42,305 bases of DNA from UHGV virus genome UHGV-0118819; one strand, given 5' to 3'. This document shows, piece by piece, positions 28,811 through 37,319 of the stretch. Every line of letters starts with the position of its first letter. Position 1 is the first letter of the stretch. This stretch comes from a virus. The position numbers and the translations under genes were made by a program. Under the pieces are notes generated by a model. That model did no database searches. It was not told the DNA's origin and saw only the letters and a program-made list of their open reading frames with translations.

Positions 28811-29155
28811 TTAGTCCTTGCGTAACTCGCTAATTCTTCTGTAAGTCTCTGGTGCTTTGTTTCCGTGTATCTTCATTTCAGACTTCAACAGAGCAACGAG
28901 AGAATCCCATTCGTTGAGGATGCCTTTGAATGCCGGAACGCGCTTTGCAACCTTGCCGAATGAATCTCTGATTTCTGGAATCTGCTCAACAAGTGCAACG
29001 CATCGTCGGAAATCTGCTGCGTCATGTGGAGCGCCGAAGTGATGACCATAGATATTCTTTTTCAGGCCACATGCGATTGAGGCAAGAGTTGCGCTACTGA
29101 TGCCGACATCGCCAGTCGATTGCCATTTCAAAACCTTCATAGCCAAATCTGACAT
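28811..29155 (-). CDS. hypothetical protein (114 aa) downstream of an intrinsic terminator
   Basis: ATG at 29155 with GGAGA RBS; ORF-track start 29182 would overlap the terminator. Confidence 0.55.
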   Translation of the reverse strand: MSDLAMKVLKWQSTGDVGISSATLASIACGLKKNIYGHHFGAPHDAADFRRCVALVEQIPEIRDSFGKVAKRVPAFKGILNEWDSLVALLKSEMKIHGNKAPETYRRISELRKD

Positions 29156-29169
29156 TTCTTGTCTCCAAT

Positions 29170-29190
29170 AAAAAACCGCCATCAGGCGGC
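29170..29190 (-). terminator. intrinsic terminator (leftward transcript)
   Basis: Minus strand GCCGCC-TGAT-GGCGG followed by TTTTTT. Confidence 0.6.
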
Positions 29191-29255
29191 TTGGTGTTCT
29201 TTCAGTTCTTCAAATCGAATATTGGTTACATTGTTTTCATATATGAATAAATAAA

Positions 29256-29435
29256 TTAGCTTTTTTCGTTGCCTTCGCGTTCTTTATTAATTTTGACAAA
29301 CTCGTTTTTACCACGCTCTCCAAATGCGTCTTTAGAGTCGTTGTATCCGCAATCGCAGCACACATAATCACCAGACCATCCACGCATTGTTTTTTCTTTT
29401 GCAATATTTCCAGAACCGCATTTTGGACAAGACAT
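29256..29435 (-). CDS. zinc-ribbon protein (59 aa)
   Basis: GGAGG RBS 7 nt before ATG 29435; CPKCGSG...CCDCG two CxxC pairs. Confidence 0.6.
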   Translation of the reverse strand: MSCPKCGSGNIAKEKTMRGWSGDYVCCDCGYNDSKDAFGERGKNEFVKINKEREGNEKS

Positions 29436-29531
29436 ATCACTACCTCCAAAGCATGAGTGAGATGACAACGTAACATTGATTGGAGATTAACAATAGATTG
29501 CTGATGTAAAAGATATGTATAAGCTTCGCTT

Positions 29532-30377
29532 TCAAAGTGGAGGCTCTGGTAGCGTCATCCAGTGTGACGGTTTCCACGACGCACCAGGAATTATCCACCC
29601 ATCATTAGCGTCAGGATGCCCCGGGATGTAAGTCGCCCATTTCATTCGCCAGTCACCTTTCCTGTCAAACTCCACGGCAACAAGAACGGCTGTTTTTGTA
29701 TCCGGCATTCGCTCACTACAGCTTATCCAACCATCCGGAGTTACCGGAGAGTTGCCCGATAGCGCGTTCTGCAGTCGCTCCAGCTTCACGTATTCCTGAA
29801 CCCTGTTTCCGTCGCATGCCTGAAGCCATTGCGCAGCCTTTTGCGCATCAGTGTGAAAGGCACAAGTGCGACCGTCATCAAATTGCATTTCGTAGAGGTC
29901 AGCAACTTGTTCAAACTGCGTATGTTGTGACTTGTAAGTTTGGCTTACAGGTTCGGCACCATGAAGCATGGCGTCGCTCCGCTCTATGCCATCCAGCGCG
30001 ATTCGCAGTGCCTGAATTGTGGTAGAGCTATCGTTTGGGGCTATTCCATATCGCTCGAATACAGCTAAATGGTTGCGCATAATCTCAGGCGTAAGCTCTT
30101 TGTAAGCATAAGCAAGAGGCTCTGATGCATTATCCGGCACAACCGACGCAGGCGCGGCAGCATAAACAGGAATAACGTCCGATTGCTCTTTATTGCTTTC
30201 ATCCGTCAAAGCCCAGAATAATTTTCCGGCCGGATGTTTGAAAATATAAGCAATTGGTTCTGCTTCCAGTGATGCCAGCGCAATTCGTGCAAGTTCCATT
30301 TGTTCGCCACGGGTAAGTACGTTATCGAGCGGATTTTTAATGAATAATTTGATACGTTCTTTGGTTATAGCGCTCAT
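29532..30377 (-). CDS. hypothetical early protein with DUF551-like C-terminal region
   Basis: ATG 30377 coupled to upstream stop; C-terminal PDGWISCSERMPD...WMTLPEPP pattern. Confidence 0.55.
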   Translation of the reverse strand: MSAITKERIKLFIKNPLDNVLTRGEQMELARIALASLEAEPIAYIFKHPAGKLFWALTDESNKEQSDVIPVYAAAPASVVPDNASEPLAYAYKELTPEIMRNHLAVFERYGIAPNDSSTTIQALRIALDGIERSDAMLHGAEPVSQTYKSQHTQFEQVADLYEMQFDDGRTCAFHTDAQKAAQWLQACDGNRVQEYVKLERLQNALSGNSPVTPDGWISCSERMPDTKTAVLVAVEFDRKGDWRMKWATYIPGHPDANDGWIIPGASWKPSHWMTLPEPPL

Positions 30378-30378
30378 A

Positions 30379-30939
30379 TCACTCTCCTTTGATGCGAATG
30401 CCAGCGGCTCGGATAGATTTCCATTGTTTCCACATTCGGTTGAAGTCTGTGCCTGATAAGGTTGCGTTACGGTATCCAGTTTCGGTGCGCAATCCTTCAA
30501 GCGTCGATTTGGAGATACAAATTGAATACATTACCCATGATTCAAACAAATCACGCTCACGGGCTTCGCAACTTTGCTTACTCATCTCTTCGATACGTTC
30601 AGCCATCGCAGCACACTCTTCAAAGTTGCTTAATGCTTTTCGCTCCCATTCGGCGCATTGTTTTCCAAGCTCTGCAATCAGCTTGTCTTTGCCTTCCAGC
30701 TCAACACGCAGCTTCCCTACCGTTAGCGCAATATCCTCGTTCTCCTGATCGCGGCGTTTTATGTATTGCTGGTTTCTTTCCCATTCATCCAACAATGCCA
30801 GCGCGATATCTGGCGAAAAGTGCTTCATAAAATCGTTAAGCGCATTAATTCGCTGATCGAAAGGCATTACAGGTGCTTCACCAGCAATTTTTGTTTTTTC
30901 AGCGATTTCACGAAGCTTTTGATAATCAATCTTGCTCAT
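30379..30939 (-). CDS. Ead/Ea22-like early protein (hypothetical)
   Basis: 186-aa coiled-coil protein in the ea region of the leftward operon. Confidence 0.5.
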   Translation of the reverse strand: MSKIDYQKLREIAEKTKIAGEAPVMPFDQRINALNDFMKHFSPDIALALLDEWERNQQYIKRRDQENEDIALTVGKLRVELEGKDKLIAELGKQCAEWERKALSNFEECAAMAERIEEMSKQSCEARERDLFESWVMYSICISKSTLEGLRTETGYRNATLSGTDFNRMWKQWKSIRAAGIRIKGE

Positions 30940-31493
30940 TGGATGACTCCTTTACGAAGCTGTTCGGCGATATCTTCGAGAACGCCATCAGAGAATGAGC
31001 GATCAAAATCGCCTTCCGGCGCATTAGCCATAAACTCAGTAGAGGTAAGGATCATCCGGGCAATATCCGCGGCGTTCTTCGCAGTATCATCAATAAAACC
31101 AGCTTTCCAGGCTGCCAACATTCTGTTCGCCACAAAATAAGCGCCTTCCTTGCGTGCTTCAGTCTTCCCTTCAGCCAGGAAAGCGTCGGTGGCTGGGGTG
31201 TCTGATTGCAGAGACTTTGCGCGATAGTCATTCCACCCTCTTGCATACATGGGATTAACTTGCACTCCATCTTTTACGCAATATGCCTGCCCTCCACGGT
31301 TGATAACCTCGATTTCGTCCATAGCGCCAGACTTCAGCCCCGCATTCTCCGCTGCCAGCGCCGCGCACTTGGCCTCCGCTTCAGCAAATTTACGCACCAG
31401 ATATTCAGCGTTTGTTTCGTTAACCTTTAAATCTCGTGGGATGCATTTACCTTTCAGAAATCCATCCATCTCAATTAGTGACATTTGTTTCAT
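30936..31493 (-). CDS. hypothetical early protein
   Basis: ATG 31493 coupled (ATGA) to upstream small ORF; ORF-track start 31511 is GTG. Confidence 0.55.
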   Translation of the reverse strand: MKQMSLIEMDGFLKGKCIPRDLKVNETNAEYLVRKFAEAEAKCAALAAENAGLKSGAMDEIEVINRGGQAYCVKDGVQVNPMYARGWNDYRAKSLQSDTPATDAFLAEGKTEARKEGAYFVANRMLAAWKAGFIDDTAKNAADIARMILTSTEFMANAPEGDFDRSFSDGVLEDIAEQLRKGVIQ

Positions 31494-31654
31494 TTCTTCC
31501 CACTCCGCCACATCGCATTCAGATATTTGTTGTCATTAACAGAACCGAAACTCTTTCTCTTAAGCAATTCCTCTCTCGATGGCATTGGCTTTACGCGTTG
31601 GCGAATAATCATTTCTGCCGGAAGAATGCCGGGATTGTATGCAAGTCCTCTCAT
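31490..31654 (-). CDS. small ORF (54 aa), translationally coupled
   Basis: Own translation [54 protein letters not shown]; ATGA overlaps at both ends; below ORF-track threshold. Confidence 0.35.
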   Translation of the reverse strand: MRGLAYNPGILPAEMIIRQRVKPMPSREELLKRKSFGSVNDNKYLNAMWRSGKK

Positions 31655-31932
31655 GATTTACTCTCCACGAACTGGTCAACAGCCATGCTAAGTGACACAC
31701 CTAAAGTCTCGATATGTTGCTGAATATCCTGTAGCGTCTGCGCCTGAGATAACAGGATTTCACGGTTGCATAACTCTTTAACCAGATGCTCAAACTTGCT
31801 GTAATAACCGATACGACTTAGTGTTTCTTTGCCTGCATTCTCGCCTTCTTTGATAATTCCTCTTTCACTAAGAATCAGGTCGTGTTTGGTTCCGGTAATA
31901 ACGTATTTTCCGAGGTCGATGTTTAGATTCAT
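31651..31932 (-). CDS. hypothetical early protein (93 aa)
   Basis: ORF in leftward operon. Confidence 0.55.
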   Translation of the reverse strand: MNLNIDLGKYVITGTKHDLILSERGIIKEGENAGKETLSRIGYYSKFEHLVKELCNREILLSQAQTLQDIQQHIETLGVSLSMAVDQFVESKS

Positions 31933-31948
31933 TGTTAATTACTCCATG

Positions 31949-32263
31949 TTAATTTATTCGTATGCCTGCTCTTTCTTCATCGAGTTTTTTTAGCTTGTAT
32001 CGCATAGCTCTTACTGAATAAATTGAGCGGCAGGTTGCAATTGCTATTTCTTCTGCTGAGAACTTACCGAAAAGTGATACTTCGGCTCTTGTCCAGCGTC
32101 TTCCACGAAGTCGGCTAACAATGTCAGCGCCAATCCTTGTTGCTTTCGCCATAACTGCTTTTTCAGTCCTTTCCAGTTTTTCAGCAATAACTTCAACTGG
32201 CATTGTCGCCGATACTTCGCGCAAGAAATCTACTTCCCATTTCTCCCATGGAGTCTTTTTCAT
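31949..32263 (-). CDS. hypothetical early protein (104 aa)
   Basis: ORF in leftward operon. Confidence 0.55.
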   Translation of the reverse strand: MKKTPWEKWEVDFLREVSATMPVEVIAEKLERTEKAVMAKATRIGADIVSRLRGRRWTRAEVSLFGKFSAEEIAIATCRSIYSVRAMRYKLKKLDEERAGIRIN

Positions 32264-32274
32264 AGGCGATACCG

Positions 32275-32763
32275 TTATTTGATAAGAAGTGAAGGTTTCC
32301 CAACCTTAAGTTGAGCACCGGGAATATTTATTCCTGCTTTTAGTTGGTGCTTGATTGCCAGTTTGTCGGCTTTAATTGTCGTTTCAAACTCAACGTATTC
32401 AGGAGGAAGGGCGCTTGAGTCGATGATTTCTACAGTTTCTGAGGGTTTGCGGATTGTTACCTGGTGAATACCTGCTCGAATATTTTTCTTGCCAACCATT
32501 TCAAGCGATGACGCTATATATGATTTGATGCTGTCAATCTTATTTTGAATTACTGCGGCTCGCTCATTCAGTGACTTTGCCTCTTCCTTGAGGCGTTCGG
32601 CATAACCAGATTCATTTTTAATGACGGAAAGAAGTTGTTCTATTTTATCGGTAAATTCTCCTTCCATGCCTTCTATTGTGTCAGCAATCATCTCTGGTTC
32701 TAAATCTGAATCCATCAATTTTGCGTATTCATTGGCAATTTCATATAGTTTGCTCACTGGCAA
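32275..32763 (-). CDS. Gp157-like/Gam-like protein associated with RecT (hypothetical)
   Basis: 162-aa ORF immediately downstream of RecT, partially overlapping. Confidence 0.45.
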   Translation of the reverse strand: MPVSKLYEIANEYAKLMDSDLEPEMIADTIEGMEGEFTDKIEQLLSVIKNESGYAERLKEEAKSLNERAAVIQNKIDSIKSYIASSLEMVGKKNIRAGIHQVTIRKPSETVEIIDSSALPPEYVEFETTIKADKLAIKHQLKAGINIPGAQLKVGKPSLLIK

Positions 32764-33652
32764 CCTCCAGTTTCGCTTTGCATTCTATGTAAATGGCTTG
32801 TATGTTCTGCTGCAATTTCATTCCAGATGTCAGGCGATATGCTTCTGCAAAATATCTCTTCAAATCATCCATGTTTTCAGCCTGAGCCATTTCATCACAA
32901 AGAAGTTGTGCTTTATCCGTTATTCCCTGCTGGCGTTTCCGTTCATCTTCGCGGATATCTTCCTCTGATTTGTGCGGCATAACTGGTTCAGTCCATACAC
33001 CTTCTTCTTCGTTTAGTACGTGAATAGCACTATCAAGACGTGATGCCTTAGGCCAATACTTGCTTGCACGCTTTACGACCGTCTTTCGCGCCATCTCATT
33101 CCAGTGATTTACCCATGGTCCTTTATCGCTGAATGCCGCCTTGCTTGTTTTCCTTACAGCCTCAATTTCAGCCAGACTCATCTCTTCCGTTAGATAATCA
33201 CCTGCTGGCGTCTTAACTGTGCAGTAAACACCAACGATATCGCCACGATCACCGAAGGCGTTGTATTTATGGGTTGGTGCTTTATCAAGTCCGTTTGACT
33301 CATAAGTATCGTTAGCATGAACAAGCTTTGCCTGACCCCATGAGATAACACCAGACTCCATTGCAATATGTAGCAATCCCATATAGCTGATATCAAGGCA
33401 CACCATGCCGTCGCGCGGAACCAGATAAGCCAGTTTGCTAGCCGGGTTTAAGGTGATGCCGATCGCCGCAACATTGATGATGGCGTTCTGTGCGCTGGTT
33501 GGATTTGCCAGTGCCGTTTTAGCCAGGTAATCATTTTTCTGGAAATACTGAATTGCAAACTGGCTTTCCTTAGCCCATGTCACCGTCTGTTCAGTCAATG
33601 CTCCGCAGAATAACTGCTCTTGCTGTTTAACGAATTCAACGATATTGCTCAT
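32741..33652 (-). CDS. recT: RecT-family single-strand annealing recombinase
   Basis: 303 aa with LAYLVPRDG and typical RecT core. Confidence 0.85.
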   Translation of the reverse strand: MSNIVEFVKQQEQLFCGALTEQTVTWAKESQFAIQYFQKNDYLAKTALANPTSAQNAIINVAAIGITLNPASKLAYLVPRDGMVCLDISYMGLLHIAMESGVISWGQAKLVHANDTYESNGLDKAPTHKYNAFGDRGDIVGVYCTVKTPAGDYLTEEMSLAEIEAVRKTSKAAFSDKGPWVNHWNEMARKTVVKRASKYWPKASRLDSAIHVLNEEEGVWTEPVMPHKSEEDIREDERKRQQGITDKAQLLCDEMAQAENMDDLKRYFAEAYRLTSGMKLQQNIQAIYIECKAKLEVASEQTI

Positions 33653-33960
33653 GCTGCTTCTCCAAAAATGTGTCTGCGTTTGAATATTGCGAAGGCATAT
33701 TCAGCCTTAACTCTTTCGGTTATTGCATCCCAGAACCATTCAGCGGCTTTTTCCTGATAGTTACAGTCATCATCTTCCAGCCAGTCGATAGCGTCCTTAG
33801 TGTGTTCATCTGGTTTATATGAGCGAAGCATTTCGCTTATTGGGTCGCAACGTTTGCAGAGGCGATCAACTTCACTGTTGATTCGTTCGTAATCTTCATC
33901 AGTAAAACTTGCGATTATTTGCGATATTTCACGCTTATCATTCAGAGTCAGAATCATCAT
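33649..33960 (-). CDS. hypothetical early protein (103 aa)
   Basis: ORF coupled to RecT start. Confidence 0.55.
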   Translation of the reverse strand: MMILTLNDKREISQIIASFTDEDYERINSEVDRLCKRCDPISEMLRSYKPDEHTKDAIDWLEDDDCNYQEKAAEWFWDAITERVKAEYAFAIFKRRHIFGEAA

Positions 33961-34041
33961 CTTTCTCCTGTTCTTTGTGCTGATTGAGCATTTTGTTCAT
34001 CTGACGAATGAACTCTTCGTCTGACCAGTTATCTGTAAAAC

Positions 34042-34194
34042 TCATTTCCTGCGATACCACGGAAGATTGATAGCTGATTTCATCGCTTTATTTGCTTCAA
34101 GCCACATTTTTGAATCACCAATAAATCTGGCTATTACTGCTTTGTTCTGTGCAGCACGAAGCATCTGGTGATTGATGGCTATTTCATTGCGCAT
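34042..34194 (-). CDS. Kil-like small protein (50 aa), tentative
   Basis: Own translation MRNEIAINHQMLRAAQNKAVIARFIGDSKMWLEANKAMKSAINLPWYRRK with GGAGG RBS; position after cIII and FIGD..KM motif recall lambda Kil. Confidence 0.4.
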   Translation of the reverse strand: MRNEIAINHQMLRAAQNKAVIARFIGDSKMWLEANKAMKSAINLPWYRRK

Positions 34195-34313
34195 AACGCC
34201 TCCAGTTGTTTCTTTGCTGCTCTGATTAATTGTTTAACTCGGCGTGATAATTCAGATTCGTGCGGGTAGAAAGCGGACATGACGCCGCTACCCGCGAGCT
34301 GAAAGTGCATCAT
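34179..34313 (-). CDS. cIII: CIII-like protein (protease inhibitor protecting CII)
   Basis: 44 aa from MMHFQLAGSGVMSAFYPHESELSRRVKQLIRAAKKQLEAL; resembles lambda CIII amphipathic helix; AAGGAG RBS. Confidence 0.7.
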   Translation of the reverse strand: MMHFQLAGSGVMSAFYPHESELSRRVKQLIRAAKKQLEALCAMK

Positions 34314-34377
34314 GGGTAACTCCTTATATTTGATTGCATAACGAAAACGCCTCTCGTGAAGCGTTATTGGTATGCAT

Positions 34378-34403
34378 ATAAAAAAGCCCTCACACTGGAG
34401 GGC
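34378..34403 (-). terminator. intrinsic terminator (tL1-like) upstream of cIII
   Basis: Minus strand GCCCTC-CAGTGT-GAGGGC followed by TTTTTTAT. Confidence 0.6.
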
Positions 34404-34465
34404 AAAGAAGATTTCCAATAATCAGAACAAGTCGACTCCTGTTTAGTTACGAGCGACATTGCTCC

Positions 34466-34493
34466 GTGTATTCACTCGTTGGAATGAATACAC
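34466..34493 (-). promoter_or_regulatory. perfect 9-bp stem hairpin just after the 156-aa gene
   Basis: GTGTATTCA-(10 nt loop)-TGAATACAC. Confidence 0.45.
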
Positions 34494-34507
34494 AGTGCTT
34501 ACTCGTA

Positions 34508-34978
34508 CTAATAAAATACCCAATTTTCTGTTTCTTGGTTGTGCCCAAAGTTATATTCAATATCTGGTGTTGATGTATCAATATTCTTCATCCCATCAAC
34601 AAGAGTTGATACAACAGCCAAATCTTGTTTGATTCTCATTAAATGGTATTTCTTCCGGCGCAATAAACTTTCAATGGCAAGTTTCTTCGTTGGGAATGCA
34701 AAAGATCTTTCTGCATTTTTTGCTACTTTCTTAATTGCATATCTATTTCTCCTTTGTTTCCATTCCTGTAACCACTGATTTGGTGCTGGTTTAAAATTAA
34801 CAATCCAATGCGCAGGAACCAACCATGCATAATGCTCTGTCTGATGAAAAGCTATATATTGAAGTGCGAATATTTTGATCCCATCTTCTTCAACTGTCGC
34901 CTGGAATCTCCAGAAAACAGGCATTCCATCATGTTCAGTTTCTGATTCAGGAAAAGGTACGCTCCATGATTTTGTCAT
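34508..34978 (-). CDS. hypothetical AT-rich protein (156 aa) in N-cIII interval (moron candidate)
   Basis: ORF between N-proximal gene and terminator; composition visibly more AT-rich than neighbours. Confidence 0.6.
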   Translation of the reverse strand: MTKSWSVPFPESETEHDGMPVFWRFQATVEEDGIKIFALQYIAFHQTEHYAWLVPAHWIVNFKPAPNQWLQEWKQRRNRYAIKKVAKNAERSFAFPTKKLAIESLLRRKKYHLMRIKQDLAVVSTLVDGMKNIDTSTPDIEYNFGHNQETENWVFY

Positions 34979-35040
34979 ATCTCACCTCAAATAAGTGGCT
35001 TGCTGCCAAAACAATGAACCATCCGGAAATTCCAGATAGT

Positions 35041-35268
35041 TCATAATTCACTCTTCAATACTTCCAACTTACTAATCGCCGATAGATATCCGCGCTGATA
35101 GGGCATCATCATTCCTTCGAGCTTGCCACTTCTTAACTCCTCCCTGAGCAATTGTATTGCTTGATCAATAACCTCTGCCTTAGCGTCCTTTATGGATTGC
35201 TTTCGGGGCTTTGCTTTCTGCTTTGGCAGATTTCTCAAGCATGATGGAATGTATGTCTGATTCATCAC
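35041..35268 (-). CDS. hypothetical small basic protein (75 aa)
   Basis: ORF directly downstream of N. Confidence 0.5.
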   Translation of the reverse strand: MMNQTYIPSCLRNLPKQKAKPRKQSIKDAKAEVIDQAIQLLREELRSGKLEGMMMPYQRGYLSAISKLEVLKSEL

Positions 35269-35541
35269 TTACCTCGCTGTCAGTTGTTTTGATTTCCGGT
35301 AGCCTGCCGCGTAAATGGCTACGTTTGGCAGGCAAATACTTCCACTGCATTCATCTGCCTTCTTGCAGCGAAGGCTTCCGAGTGATGCTGCTTTGTCTGC
35401 TCTGACGCAACCAGAGAGCTTTAGCGCAATTTTTCGTGCCAGTCGCTGCTCTTGCATTGCCTGTTCACGTTGAGCCTGTCTGCGTGCTCTGCGGCGATTT
35501 CTGGCGTTATCGTCAGCCAGATATGTAATGACTACTGTCAT
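35269..35541 (-). CDS. N: N-like antitermination protein
   Basis: 90 aa; arginine-rich motif DNARNRRRARRQAQREQ near N-terminus; first gene after nutL. Confidence 0.75.
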   Translation of the reverse strand: MTVVITYLADDNARNRRRARRQAQREQAMQEQRLARKIALKLSGCVRADKAASLGSLRCKKADECSGSICLPNVAIYAAGYRKSKQLTAR

Positions 35542-35649
35542 GTTGACCTCCGATGATTGACTTTGGCGGTGACGCGCCGGGTGCTTATCTTCCGGTTGCC
35601 GTCGTGCAGCTGCACTTCACGTCACCCCAAAGCCAACTACTCTTTGGTT

Positions 35650-35689
35650 CCCGCATTTCGGCGGGACAATCCCATCAATGTTAAAGAGC
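35650..35689 (-). promoter_or_regulatory. nutL (boxA + boxB)
   Basis: Minus strand GCTCTTTAACA, 13-nt spacer, boxB hairpin CCCGC-CGAAAT-GCGGG; identical to nutR. Confidence 0.7.
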
Positions 35690-35735
35690 CTGCCAATCTG
35701 TTCCGTTTGGCTACCAGCGTCCTGCTGATGGCTAA

Positions 35736-35764
35736 AGAATACTGTAGGTATTTTATTGTGTAAA
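35736..35764 (-). promoter_or_regulatory. candidate pL promoter
   Basis: Minus strand TTTACA - 17 bp - TATTCT overlapping OL operators; -10 context shared with pR. Confidence 0.4.
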
Positions 35765-35823
35765 TACCCAAGGTATTTATTTTTGGTGAAATAATGATAA
35801 GCAAATGAATACAAAGGATATTT
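35737..35823. promoter_or_regulatory. OL operators (17-bp partial palindromes, 2 clear + 1 weaker)
   Basis: GAATACTGTAGGTATTT (35737-35753), AAATACCCAAGGTATTT (35762-35778), GAATACAAAGGATATTT (35807-35823); consensus RAATACY-N3-RGTATTY. Confidence 0.55.
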
Positions 35824-35909
35824 ATTTTTTTCGGTGTCTGCTTGTTCAGTGCTTTTTATGCGGGATATGTGAAGTGGATCCCGATAGCTATTGCTGCCGG
35901 GATTATGGG

Positions 35910-36299
35910 TTAGTCAGCGAAGGTTAAGACGAGAATTACCTTAATGATGTCTGCTACAACAGACACGGCCATAGATAAACCAAAGACAATCCAAGCCATA
36001 GAGATGTCTTCACTACCATCGTATAGAGTTCCGTAATCACTGGTGTAAGGCGTAAATGTCGCGCCTTGATACAATAGGTATAAGCTTGATCCATAGAGGA
36101 TAAATGCAGATATCCCTTGTATTGCCATGATCACCAGAATCATGAAACGAGCTGATCTATGCGCCCAAGCCTGGCTTATTTTTTCTGATAGAGATTTCGC
36201 AATAAAAGCATGCGCTAAGCCGTAAATTGTCGAGATTGCCAACATCCCAAAAAAGCTTGCTATAGCGGTTCCAACCATAAGCGCCCCTTGCGTGATCAA
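35910..36299 (-). CDS. small multi-pass membrane protein co-transcribed with cI (rex-slot moron candidate)
   Basis: 129 aa with about 4 hydrophobic segments; TTG start overlapping cI stop (alternative ATG 21 nt downstream); ends just before OL. Confidence 0.65.
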   Translation of the reverse strand: MITQGALMVGTAIASFFGMLAISTIYGLAHAFIAKSLSEKISQAWAHRSARFMILVIMAIQGISAFILYGSSLYLLYQGATFTPYTSDYGTLYDGSEDISMAWIVFGLSMAVSVVADIIKVILVLTFAD

Positions 36300-37012
36300 A
36301 CCAGCCTTAGTTTTGTCTCAATTGCAACGCCTATAATCTTGCAGTTTCCATTGATTGGCACGAGAGGCCATGCAGGGTTAAGTCCCTTGAGGTATTTATT
36401 TCCGCCGTCGATTATCAGCTTCTTGAATGTTGCTTCGTTAGAGTCAGAAAGTTTTGCTATGACCAAGCTGCCGTTGATCGCCTCCCTTCCGGTATCGAAA
36501 AGAACGAATGTTCCCTCTGGAATGCTTAACCCAACCGGTGCCGTCATTGAATCACCTTCCACTTTAAGCCAAAACGCATTACCTTGAATATGCGCGTCAG
36601 ACTCAAGCCAAACATCTATGTCTTTAATGGTGTATGGTTCGCATGCTTCACACCACGAGCCAGCCTGGATACTGCTTAACACCGGATACCTCTTTCCTGC
36701 TCTGTATTCCCCTGCATACCTTACGTTGGCATCGCTCTTAAGGCTTTCTGCCTGTTCTGCAACCTTGGCAGCAATTGACTGGCTAAAATCAGCAATTGAG
36801 ACTTGCAACAATCGTGCAAAACCAGATGCAACCTCAACGTTTAGCGCATTTCTGCCATTAAGATAATGCCCTACCGCTCCTTGGGTGATACCCAGTTCAT
36901 CAGCGATTGAGTATTGGGTTATTCCCAATTCTTTCTTTTTTGACTCATACAAAGCCTTAAGCCGCTTAGCGTCTTCCAGCTGTTCTGTCGTCAGTGATTT
37001 TTTATTTTCCAT
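36296..37012 (-). CDS. cI: CI repressor (HTH + S24 autoprotease domain)
   Basis: 238 aa; N-terminal HTH LGITQYSIADELGITQGAVGHYLNG; C-terminal GDSM...K LexA-like motif. Confidence 0.9.
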   Translation of the reverse strand: MENKKSLTTEQLEDAKRLKALYESKKKELGITQYSIADELGITQGAVGHYLNGRNALNVEVASGFARLLQVSIADFSQSIAAKVAEQAESLKSDANVRYAGEYRAGKRYPVLSSIQAGSWCEACEPYTIKDIDVWLESDAHIQGNAFWLKVEGDSMTAPVGLSIPEGTFVLFDTGREAINGSLVIAKLSDSNEATFKKLIIDGGNKYLKGLNPAWPLVPINGNCKIIGVAIETKLRLV

Positions 37013-37046
37013 AGCTTAATTCTAATAGCTAAGGTACTTAAACTAA

Positions 37047-37088
37047 AAATACCCTGAGTATTGATTGCTTTGAATACCTGTAGTATTC
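37047..37088. promoter_or_regulatory. OR operators (two 17-bp sites)
   Basis: AAATACCCTGAGTATTG (37047-37063) and GAATACCTGTAGTATTC (37072-37088), same half-sites as OL. Confidence 0.55.
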
Positions 37089-37089
37089 T
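37061..37089 (+). promoter_or_regulatory. candidate pR promoter
   Basis: TTGATT (37061-66) - 17 bp - TATTCT (37084-89), overlapping OR2. Confidence 0.4.
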
Positions 37090-37118
37090 TTATTCATGGT
37101 TAATAACGGAGAGTGCAT

Positions 37119-37313
37119 ATGATTCGAATGACACTTGCCGATTACGCCAAAATCCATGGACAGGCTAAAGCAGCCAGTGACTTTGGTGTAATCCAGTGCG
37201 CTATCAGCAAGGCCATTCTGGCAGGCCGTAACATCATGGTTACGGTAAAGCCTGATGGCAGTGTGATTGGAGAGGAAGTTCGTCCTTTCCCAAGCAACAA
37301 GAAAAACAAATAG
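37119..37313 (+). CDS. cro: Cro repressor
   Basis: 64 aa [64 protein letters not shown]; close to recalled lambda Cro; GGAGAG RBS. Confidence 0.9.
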   Translation: MIRMTLADYAKIHGQAKAASDFGVIQCAISKAILAGRNIMVTVKPDGSVIGEEVRPFPSNKKNK

Positions 37314-37319
37314 TAACAC

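Noticed and set aside
29696-31723. Several + strand ORFs of 70-120 aa
   Set aside because: Antisense to the densely packed, translationally coupled leftward early operon; no RBSs; Ser/Pro/Cys-rich translations
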